Virus record (IMG/VR): IMGVR_UViG_2681813316_000020
Length of the DNA stretch: 6,199 nt
From: a virus
Lineage: Duplodnaviria; Heunggongvirae; Uroviricota; Caudoviricetes
Direction: 5' to 3' (one strand)
In this document: positions 1-6,199 of the stretch, one piece after another
How the letters are laid out: every line of letters begins with the position of its first letter
Numbering within the stretch: the stretch's first letter is position 1
Made by a program: the position numbers and the translations under genes
Notes under the pieces: generated by a model
What the model saw: the letters and a program-made list of their open reading frames with translations, nothing else
What the model was told of the DNA's origin: nothing
Database searches by the model: none

Positions 1-39
1 CAGGCATCAGTATCAGCTGAATTTTATAACCCATATACG

Positions 40-63
40 GGCGCCAGAAATGGCGCCTTTTTT
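40..63 (+). terminator. Rho-independent terminator hairpin ending the upstream (tail gene) transcript
   Basis: Seen in sequence: 7-bp perfect stem GGCGCCA (40-46) / TGGCGCC (51-57) with a GAAA loop, followed directly by a T6 run (58-63). The lom-like RBS and ATG follow about 25 nt later. Confidence 0.6.
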
Positions 64-87
64 ATTGCAGAAAAGCGAGAGGTAATT

Positions 88-417
88 ATGCGTAAAGTTT
101 GTGCCGCCATTTTGTCCGCAGCCATTTGTCTGGCCGTATCCGGTGCGCCTGCATGGGCGTCTGAACATCAGTCCACGCTGAGCGCGGGGTATCTTCATGC
201 CCGGACGAACGTTCCCGGCAGTGATGATCTGAACGGGATTAACGTGAAATACCGTTATGAGTTTACGGACACACTGGGGCTGGTGACGTCATTCAGCTAT
301 GCAGGAGACAAGAATCGCCAGCTTACCCGTTACAGCGATACCCGCTGGCATGAAGATTCCGTGCGTAACCGCTGGTTCAGCGTGATGGCGGGGCCGTCTG
401 TGCGCGTGAATGAATAA
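88..417 (+). pseudogene. lom: Lom/Ail/OmpX-family outer-membrane protein, 3'-truncated remnant (109 codons)
   Basis: GAGAGG Shine-Dalgarno at 77-82, five nt before the ATG at 88. N-terminal signal peptide MRKVCAAILSAAICLAVSGAPAWA. Translation resembles phage lambda Lom (GINVKYRYE..., SVMAGP motifs) as I remember it, but stops at 109 aa where family members are about 170-206 aa, so the 8-strand barrel cannot be complete. Position before stf matches lambda gene order. Confidence 0.7.
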
Positions 418-485
418 AAGGAATTGTCCAGCTCAGTAGTGCAACCAACAGCGCATCTGAAACGCTTGCCGCGACACCGAAAGCA

Positions 486-1721
486 GTGAAAGCAGCTAAT
501 GATAATGCGAATGGTCGGGTACCTTCTGCCCGTAAGGTGAATGGTAAGGCGCTTTCAGCGGATATAACACTGACGCCGAAAGATATTGGTACGCTTAACT
601 CAACAACAATGTTATTCAGCGGTGGTGCTGGTTGGTTCAAATTAGCAACGGTAACCATGCCACAGGCGAGTTCTGTTGTTTCAATTACGTTGATTGGTGG
701 CGCGGGATTTAACGTGGGGTCACCTCAACAGGCAGGTATATCTGAACTTGTTTTGCGTGCAGGTAATGGTAATCCGAAGGGGATTACTGGTGCTTTATGG
801 CAGCGCACATCGACAGGGTTTACAAATTTTGCCTGGGTCAATACATCTGGTGATACTTACGATATTTACGTTGCAATCGGAAATTATGCGACTGGTGTAA
901 ATATTCAATGGGATTATACCAGTAATGCCAGCGTGACGATTCATACGTCACCAGCATATTCAGCTAATAAGCCGGAAGGGTTAACGGACGGTACAGTTTA
1001 TTCACTCTATACGCCATCAGAGCAGTTTTATCCGCCTGGCGCACCAATCCCGTGGCCATCAGATACCGTTCCGTCTGGCTATGCCCTGATGCAGGGGCAG
1101 ACTTTTGACAAATCTGCATACCCGAAACTTGCAGCCGCTTATCCGTCAGGCGTGATCCCTGATATGCGTGGCTGGACGATTAAGGGCAAACCCGCCAGTG
1201 GTCGTGCCGTATTGTCTCAGGAACAGGACGGCATTAAATCGCACACCCACAGCGCCAGCGCATCCAGTACGGATTTGGGGACGAAAAACACATCGTCGTT
1301 TGATTACGGAACCAAATCCACGAATAACACCGGGGCGCATACCCATAGTATTAGCGGGACTGCAAATAGTGCCGGTGCGCACCAACACAAGAGTTCCGGT
1401 GCATTTGGTGGCACGAACACGAGCATTTTCCCTAATGGTTATACCGCGATTTCAAATCTAAGCGCGGGGATTATGAGCACAACAAGCGGTAGTGGCCAGA
1501 CTCGTAATGCAGGGAAGACATCATCAGATGGTGCTCATACCCACTCGCTGTCCGGCACTGCTGCAAGCGCAGGCGCACATGCACATACTGTCGGTATTGG
1601 TGCTCATACGCACTCCGTTGCGATTGGTTCACATGGACACACCATCACCGTTAACGCTGCTGGTAACGCGGAAAACACCGTCAAAAACATCGCATTTAAC
1701 TATATTGTGAGGCTTGCATAA
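486..1721 (+). CDS. stf: Phage side tail fibre protein Stf, C-terminal portion (N-terminally truncated; reading frame open from 414 with no upstream start)
   Basis: Translation carries the conserved [21 protein letters not shown] motif just upstream of the GTG at 486 (in frame from 420). It also has the tail-collar segment [65 protein letters not shown], repeated HxH motifs, and the C-terminal end [22 protein letters not shown], all matching lambda Stf as I remember it. The only in-frame starts are GTG 486 and ATG 609, so this is a fragment of a normally much longer fibre gene. Confidence 0.85.
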   Translation: MKAANDNANGRVPSARKVNGKALSADITLTPKDIGTLNSTTMLFSGGAGWFKLATVTMPQASSVVSITLIGGAGFNVGSPQQAGISELVLRAGNGNPKGITGALWQRTSTGFTNFAWVNTSGDTYDIYVAIGNYATGVNIQWDYTSNASVTIHTSPAYSANKPEGLTDGTVYSLYTPSEQFYPPGAPIPWPSDTVPSGYALMQGQTFDKSAYPKLAAAYPSGVIPDMRGWTIKGKPASGRAVLSQEQDGIKSHTHSASASSTDLGTKNTSSFDYGTKSTNNTGAHTHSISGTANSAGAHQHKSSGAFGGTNTSIFPNGYTAISNLSAGIMSTTSGSGQTRNAGKTSSDGAHTHSLSGTAASAGAHAHTVGIGAHTHSVAIGSHGHTITVNAAGNAENTVKNIAFNYIVRLA

Positions 1722-2305
1722 TGGCATTCAGAATGAGTGAACAACCACAGACCATAAAAATTTATAATCTGTTGGCCGGAACTAATGAATTTATTGGTGA
1801 AGGTGACGCATATATTCCGCCTCATACAGGTCTGCCAGCAAACAGTACCGATATTGCACCGCCAGATATTCCGGCAGGCTTCGTGGCTGTTTTCAACAGT
1901 GATGAGGCATCGTGGCATCTTGTTGAAGACCATCGGGGTAAAACAGTTTATGACGTGGCATCAGGGGACGCGTTATTTATTTCTGAACTCGGCTCATTAC
2001 CGGAAAATGTTACCTGGTTATCCCCGGAAGGGGAGTTTCAGAAGTGGAACGGCACAGACTGGGTGAAGGATACGGAAGCAGAAAAACTGTTCCGGATCCG
2101 GGAGGCGGAAGAAACAAAAAACAGCCTGATGCAGGTAGCCAGTGAGCATATAGCGCCGCTTCAGGATGCTGTAGATCTGGAAATCGCAACGGAGGAAGAA
2201 ACCTCATTGCTGGAAGCCTGGAAAAAATATCGGGTGTTGCTGAACCGTGTTGATACATCAACTGCACCTGATATTGAGTGGCCTACGAACCCTGTCAGGG
2301 AGTAA
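1721..2305 (+). CDS. tfa: Tail fibre assembly protein (Tfa chaperone), apparently intact, 194 aa
   Basis: Translation [54 protein letters not shown]... is near-identical to lambda Tfa as I remember it. Its ATG overlaps the stf stop (TAATG at 1719-1723), the classic stf-tfa arrangement. Confidence 0.9.
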   Translation: MAFRMSEQPQTIKIYNLLAGTNEFIGEGDAYIPPHTGLPANSTDIAPPDIPAGFVAVFNSDEASWHLVEDHRGKTVYDVASGDALFISELGSLPENVTWLSPEGEFQKWNGTDWVKDTEAEKLFRIREAEETKNSLMQVASEHIAPLQDAVDLEIATEEETSLLEAWKKYRVLLNRVDTSTAPDIEWPTNPVRE

Positions 2306-2319
2306 TCATTGGGATTATG

Positions 2320-2352
2320 CCGCAGCACGTCTTAAGCAAGAACGTGCTGCGG
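2320..2352. terminator. Strong hairpin between convergent tfa and methyltransferase genes; possible bidirectional terminator
   Basis: Seen in sequence: perfect 10-bp stem CCGCAGCACG (2320-2329) / CGTGCTGCGG (2343-2352) with a 13-nt loop. A T6 run follows on the plus strand only after an 8-nt gap (2363-2368), so the terminator role is inferred rather than canonical. Confidence 0.4.
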
Positions 2353-2359
2353 TTGGATG

Positions 2360-3028
2360 CTATTTTTTCCCTGAAGCGGAAAACATTACTACAGTACCTT
2401 GAACCTTGGTTTTAACATTCTCGAAATGCTCTGAGAGTATATGTGTTAAGCCTTCTTCGGAATCTTTTGTGTTTGAAAAGATGCCTTTCTGATTGTAAAT
2501 GCGCATCAGTTTTTGACCGAAGCTATTGTGCACAACTCCATCGCCAAGAATTGTGGCTCCGTATAGAGTTCCATCGTCAGTTAAGGCCTGCGCCGCATTG
2601 CGTATTACACAGCTTTTTGTAGATATATTTCCAGGCAGGCAGTGAAGAAGGTAAAACATGGAAATGGAATCAAATTGACCATGTAACGCCGCGGGATAAG
2701 GTTCAAAAACATCATGGCTAATTTTATGTTTAATTTTTGATTCCCCAGCCCTTGTAGATGCCGCGTTCAGGCTAGCTTCGTTCAAATCCATTAAAGATAT
2801 CAGACTACTCTCAGGTACGTGAGTAAGGTAAAACCCAGTTCCAACACCAATATCCAGATGGTTGTTACCTAAATGTTCCAGAAAGTGTGGAAGAAGGTGT
2901 TCCTTTGTAGGACATCCCCATGCAAGCCGATTTGATACTCCCAAAACCCACCAGTCATAAAGCTTTAGGGTAAGTGGTGTGTAAATTTTAGCCCCATCAT
3001 CTGTGTTTTTTTTCATTAATTTCACCAT
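2360..3028 (-). CDS. ybcY: Class I SAM-dependent methyltransferase (222 aa; possible true start at the second Met, 3014-3016)
   Basis: Translation contains the glycine-rich SAM-binding motif I LDIGVGTGF, an acidic post-I residue (LMDLNEA) and a motif II-like FDSISMFYLLHC. The gene symbol is assigned by synteny only (tfa - methyltransferase - tfaX - appY - ompT as in the E. coli K-12 DLP12 right arm), not by sequence recall. The first ATG has no obvious SD; the second Met is preceded by GGTGA. Confidence 0.75.
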   Translation of the reverse strand: MVKLMKKNTDDGAKIYTPLTLKLYDWWVLGVSNRLAWGCPTKEHLLPHFLEHLGNNHLDIGVGTGFYLTHVPESSLISLMDLNEASLNAASTRAGESKIKHKISHDVFEPYPAALHGQFDSISMFYLLHCLPGNISTKSCVIRNAAQALTDDGTLYGATILGDGVVHNSFGQKLMRIYNQKGIFSNTKDSEEGLTHILSEHFENVKTKVQGTVVMFSASGKK

Positions 3029-3084
3029 GTTATAGTTTTATTTGTGAATTAAATCAATTATGGCAATGAATTACAAGGGGTTAA

Positions 3085-3345
3085 ATGCTGCCGCAGCATA
3101 GCGATATTGAAATAGCCTGGTATGCTTCAATACAGCAGGAGCCGAATAGCTGGAAGACCGTCACCACACAGTTCTACATCCAGGAATTCAGTGAGTATAT
3201 TGCGCCACTGCAGGATGCTGTAGATCTGGAAATCGCAACGGAGGAAGAAAGATCGTTGCTGGAAGCCTGAAAAAAGTATCGGGTGCTGCTAAACCGTGTG
3301 GACACTTCCGTAGCACCAGATATCGAGTGGCTTATTCAACCATAA
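3085..3345 (+). pseudogene. tfaX: Tail fibre assembly protein C-terminal remnant interrupted by an in-frame TGA (3268-3270)
   Basis: Bases 3190-3345 are a direct repeat of the tfa 3' end (2141-2305), with a run of about 40 identical nt at 3211-3250 versus 2161-2200. The translation ...[40 protein letters not shown]... continues in the same frame after the TGA; the corresponding tfa codon is TGG (Trp, 2219-2221). The N-terminal 35 codons are unrelated to the tfa at 1721. Symbol by synteny with K-12. Confidence 0.7.
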
Positions 3346-3891
3346 TAAACAGTATGTATATCATAGGTTATTAATTGTGAGTTTTTTCGGTGTGTTATTT
3401 GTTTGTTTGATGTTATGCTTTTGCGCCCCAAAAGGTTGTTTAGATGTATTTTATCAATTGATTTTCAATATCGTTTAATAAAGAAAAATTAAGCAAGCTG
3501 GATGTTGGTTTTTTGTTAATTGAATGGTTCTAATAATGTTTTTTTTACTGTTGTTGAATGTGACTTGATAAGAAATGCAAGTAAAAATGATACTCTTTTT
3601 ATTTTAAATTCAAACGGTTGACATATATATAGCAAGAGGTTTCAGGTGCGTTGTAGTGAGTTTATGTTAATAAAAAGTATAGTAAGCGTTGAAAAATGTA
3701 ACTTTGAAATACGTTAGAATAAAAAACAATATACATATAATAATTTAATCTTAAATGAAATTTATTAAAATTTGCAAACTATAGTTTTGTGTATAAAAAT
3801 ATAAATGCACATCATCCTGATTATGATTGTGTATTTAATTGGTTGTTATTTGACTGCTATCAACTTGTTTTAATTTTATGATAGGTGCAAG
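3346..3891 (+). promoter_or_regulatory. Very AT-rich upstream/leader region of appY (promoter and probable nucleoid-protein silencing region)
   Basis: About 550 bp non-coding and strongly AT-rich by eye (roughly a quarter to a third GC), with many A/T tracts. It contains a consensus -35 hexamer TTGACA (3618-3623) but no well-spaced -10 that I can pair with it. appY is known to be H-NS repressed and ArcA/RpoS controlled (established knowledge); exact sites are not resolved here. Confidence 0.4.
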
Positions 3892-4641
3892 ATGGATTAT
3901 GTTTGCTCCGTAGTTTTCATCTGTCAATCATTTGATTTAATTATAAACAGGAGAGTTATCTCGTTCAAAAAAAATTCATTGTTTATTGTAAGCGACAAAA
4001 TTAGAAGGGAGTTACCAGTATGCCCCTCTAAACTAAGAATTGTTGATATAGATAAGAAAACATGTTTATCCTTTTTTATCGACGTGAATAATGAGCTGCC
4101 TGGCAAATTTACTCTTGATAAGAATGGCTATATTGCTGAAGAGGAACCTCCATTATCGCTTGTTTTTTCTCTGTTTGAAGGGATTAAAATAGCAGACTCA
4201 TACTCCCTTTGGTTAAAAGAAAGACTATGTATATCCTTACTTGCCATGTTCAAAAAACGCGAAAGTGTAAATTCTTTTATACTAACAAATATAAATACAT
4301 TCACCTGTAAAATTACTGGAATAATCAGTTTTAATATTGAGCGACAATGGCATTTAAAAGATATTGCGGAATTGATTTATACGAGTGAAAGTTTAATAAA
4401 AAAAAGATTAAGGGATGAAGGAACGTCATTTACTGAAATATTGAGAGATACTAGGATGAGGTATGCAAAAAAACTCATAACTTCAAACTCTTATTCTATC
4501 AATGTCGTAGCCCAGAAATGTGGCTATAACAGTACTTCATATTTCATATGTGCATTTAAAGATTATTATGGTGTCACGCCATCTCATTATTTTGAGAAAA
4601 TAATCGGCGTCACAGATGGAATAAACAAAACAATTGACTGA
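3892..4641 (+). CDS. appY: AraC/XylS-family transcriptional activator AppY (249 aa)
   Basis: Translation [27 protein letters not shown]... matches E. coli AppY as I remember it, with a C-terminal AraC-type HTH region (..[29 protein letters not shown]..). Extremely AT-rich coding sequence. Synteny with ompT as in E. coli K-12. Confidence 0.9.
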   Translation: MDYVCSVVFICQSFDLIINRRVISFKKNSLFIVSDKIRRELPVCPSKLRIVDIDKKTCLSFFIDVNNELPGKFTLDKNGYIAEEEPPLSLVFSLFEGIKIADSYSLWLKERLCISLLAMFKKRESVNSFILTNINTFTCKITGIISFNIERQWHLKDIAELIYTSESLIKKRLRDEGTSFTEILRDTRMRYAKKLITSNSYSINVVAQKCGYNSTSYFICAFKDYYGVTPSHYFEKIIGVTDGINKTID

Positions 4642-4845
4642 TAATGTTTATTACAAGTTGTCTACATGTTAATTATAATATTATACAGCGTTTTTTCTGA
4701 TGTGATATTCTGGAACCATTAATTTGTAATTGGGTTGCTGTCGCCTATTTTATACATACTATAATTGATGGTTTTCTATGTGATTTAGTTAATAACCTTC
4801 TGGGTTTATTTTAAGGGTTAATTGTTACATTGAAATGGCTAGTTA

Positions 4846-4874
4846 TTCCCCGGGGCGATTTTCACCTCGGGGAA
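4846..4874. terminator. Hairpin in the convergent appY/ompT intergenic region; putative shared terminator
   Basis: Seen in sequence: TTCCCCG (4846-4852) pairs with CGGGGAA (4868-4874) around a 15-nt loop and is followed by an A/T-rich stretch. It lies 17 nt downstream of the ompT stop on the minus strand and about 200 nt downstream of the appY stop. Confidence 0.4.
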
Positions 4875-4890
4875 ATTTTAGTTGGCGTTC

Positions 4891-5844
4891 TTAAAATGTG
4901 TACTTAAGACCAGCAGTAGTGATGAAGTTATAGTTTTCTATACCTGCTCCATTTTTGCTGTAGTCTGAAGTGTTATTATTGTGATCATAAAGTGAAGTAT
5001 TACCTTTTTTATTCGTAACCCGATTCCATGCGCCTTCAACATAAACTTTTGCGTTAGGTGTGACGTAATAACCTGCATTGACTGCAACAGAATAGTAATT
5101 TTGGTCTTTGACCTTACTGCGATAAGTGATTCTTTTTCCCGGGTCATAGTGTTCATCGTTATCAGATGATTCCACCCAGCCGCTGTATTTAAATGTGCCA
5201 CCGAGTTCAAAATCTTCATAACGATAACTTCCAGTCAAGCCAATGTAGGGCATTTTAAAACGTTGTTTGTAGCCGATTGCCCTTTCTCCATTCGGGAAGG
5301 AGCCGATATCATCTCTGAATCCCTCCTCAGAACTGTAGATATAGGAACCACCTCTGGCTGTAAAGCTATAACGGCTTTCCTGATATCCGGCCATGAGTCC
5401 CAGGCGGTAATTGGGTTCGTTGAGGAGCCAGCCTTTGATATTCAGATCAAATTCGTTGGCATAATTGAGTTGTGTATCAGGGTGTCTACTTTCATCCGTC
5501 CAGGTTCCGGGGTTACTGGAATCCATCCAGTCCTGATCGACCATATTGCCACCTCGGCTGCCGAGAGTTGTCCAGCCAGCAGCCCCGATAGATATCTGGG
5601 GCATCAAATCCCAATTAATTGCACCTTTAATAATTGCAGCGTTATTGAATTTCCAGTCGAGTTGACTGACTTTTCGGCCTCCTTCTTCGGCTAGATAAAC
5701 ACGCTCTTTTGTTTTTCCGCTCAGAGTTCCAAGACTAATGTCCGCATTTATGTTGTCAGGAGTAAACGATAAAGTCTCGGTAGAAGCAAAAGAGCTGATC
5801 GCAATAGGGGTTGTCAGGAATATTCCCAGAAGTTTCGCCCGCAT
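4891..5844 (-). CDS. ompT: Outer-membrane protease OmpT (omptin, protease VII), 317 aa with signal peptide
   Basis: Translation MRAKLLGI.LTTPIAISSFASTETLSFTPDNINADISLGTLSGKTKERVYLAEEGGRKVSQLDWKF...AGLKYTF matches E. coli OmpT as I remember it. GGAG Shine-Dalgarno 7 nt upstream of the ATG (minus strand). Confidence 0.95.
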   Translation of the reverse strand: MRAKLLGIFLTTPIAISSFASTETLSFTPDNINADISLGTLSGKTKERVYLAEEGGRKVSQLDWKFNNAAIIKGAINWDLMPQISIGAAGWTTLGSRGGNMVDQDWMDSSNPGTWTDESRHPDTQLNYANEFDLNIKGWLLNEPNYRLGLMAGYQESRYSFTARGGSYIYSSEEGFRDDIGSFPNGERAIGYKQRFKMPYIGLTGSYRYEDFELGGTFKYSGWVESSDNDEHYDPGKRITYRSKVKDQNYYSVAVNAGYYVTPNAKVYVEGAWNRVTNKKGNTSLYDHNNNTSDYSKNGAGIENYNFITTAGLKYTF

Positions 5845-6106
5845 AAAAGTTCTCCATTCAATCGTTTTAATGATTGAATATGTATTTTTTATATCTAACT
5901 TAATGAGTCAATTACATATTGCTCCACTGTTTATATTTTGTTTAGTATTGAATGATTATCACAATGCGCTATCTGTTTTTGGTTTAATTATCTGTTATTG
6001 TTTCATATTGCGGTTTTACTGTGTGGTTTTTTTATGCTTTTGTGGTGCTTTTATCTATTTGAGTGCCATGCCTTTAGAGGCATATAAGCGAAAATAGCAT
6101 GAGGTT
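5845..6106 (-). promoter_or_regulatory. ompT 5' leader/promoter region, AT-rich, bounded upstream by the IS3 insertion
   Basis: Non-coding AT-rich region immediately upstream of the ompT start (minus strand). Promoter elements are not resolved by eye; the region ends at the IS3 terminus at 6107. Confidence 0.4.
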
Positions 6107-6199
6107 TGATCCTACCCACGTAATATGGACACAGGCCTAAGCGAGGTTCTGGTTTTCAAATTGTTCCGGACTGAGGCCGCCACACCAACTGTGCCGCCG
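6107..6199 (-). mobile_element. IS3 insertion sequence, right-end inverted repeat and adjacent interior (partial; element continues beyond the window)
   Basis: 6107 onward reads TGATCCTACCCACGTAATATGGACACAGGCCTAAGCGAGG..., which matches the reverse complement of the IS3 right terminus as I remember it (IS3-family TGATC... end). The minus-strand translation downstream is the IS3 transposase C-terminus. Confidence 0.8.
6137..6199 (-). CDS. insF: IS3 transposase OrfB (InsF) C-terminal end, partial (5' part outside the window)
   Basis: Minus-strand translation from the window edge reads ...RRHSWCGGLSPEQFENQNLA then stop (TAG = plus-strand CTA at 6137-6139). This matches the C-terminus of IS3 OrfB as I remember it. 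Confidence 0.75.
   Translation of the reverse strand, partial: RRHSWCGGLSPEQFENQNLA

Noticed and set aside
13-658. Minus-strand ORFs 13-198 and 377-658
   Set aside because: They are antisense to the lom-like gene and the stf 5' region, and the first spans the terminator hairpin. No RBS or domain signal.
1236-1650. Repetitive DNA in stf as a possible CRISPR or tandem-repeat array
   Set aside because: The repetition is at protein level (HxH motifs in frame within a continuous ORF), with no regular direct repeats and spacers.
694-2267. Alternate-frame and antisense ORFs inside stf and tfa (694-900, 1146-1388, 1168-1461, 1492-1710, 1700-1933, 1785-2066, 2010-2267)
   Set aside because: All lie within or antisense to the strongly supported stf/tfa reading frames and have Arg/Pro/Thr-rich or otherwise compositionally odd translations. 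They are shadow ORFs.
2141-3345. Possible site-specific invertible tail-fibre segment (Pin/Gin/Cin-type)
   Set aside because: The repeated tfa 3' segments are in direct, not inverted, orientation, and no recombinase/invertase gene is present in the window.
3353-3480. Short ORFs in the appY upstream region (for example a 22-codon ORF starting ATGTTATGC near 3406)
   Set aside because: No Shine-Dalgarno sequence, and such short ORFs are expected by chance in AT-rich DNA. Not supportable from sequence alone.
3618-3646. Consensus TTGACA hexamer as the appY promoter -35
   Set aside because: No acceptable -10 hexamer at 16-18 bp spacing (TTCAGG follows). Not callable as a promoter without transcription-start data.
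3924-5694. ORFs 3924-4106 (-), 4938-5219 (-) and 5263-5694 (+) inside appY and ompT
   Set aside because: These are shadow ORFs within or antisense to the confidently identified appY and ompT coding sequences.
5738-6097. 119-aa plus-strand ORF overlapping the ompT start and its upstream region
   Set aside because: It is antisense to the ompT start codon and promoter, lies in AT-rich sequence, and gives a low-complexity Phe/Leu/Cys/Ile-rich translation with no recognisable domain or RBS. Typical spurious ORF.
5845-6106. tRNA-derived prophage attachment site (attR / partial argU-like sequence) between ompT and the IS
   Set aside because: I looked for tRNA 3'-end-like sequence (GGTTCGAATCC-type T-arm) on both strands and found none; the region is simply AT-rich. 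Any attachment site must lie beyond the IS3 copy.

Overview
This window reads as the right arm of a degraded lambdoid (DLP12-like) prophage in Escherichia/Shigella, running into the appY-ompT accessory island and ending at an IS3 copy. All identifications come from reading the sequence and ORF translations against remembered protein and IS sequences; no database search was run. Left to right: a rho-independent terminator; a 3'-truncated lom-like outer-membrane gene; the C-terminal part of a side tail fibre gene (stf) fused almost directly to the lom remnant; an intact tail fibre assembly gene (tfa) overlapping the stf stop; a minus-strand class I SAM-dependent methyltransferase; a second tfa 3' remnant (tfaX-like) with an in-frame TGA; a very AT-rich ~550 bp region; the AraC-family regulator appY; convergent ompT; and the right inverted repeat and transposase C-terminus of IS3 from 6107 to the window end. 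I found no CRISPR array, tRNA or rRNA, and no convincing novel multi-gene system (defence, toxin-antitoxin or similar). The points most worth a second look are the lom'/'stf deletion junction, the methyltransferase cassette bracketed by direct repeats of the tfa 3' end, the nonsense-inactivated tfaX remnant, and the IS3 insertion about 260 bp upstream of ompT.
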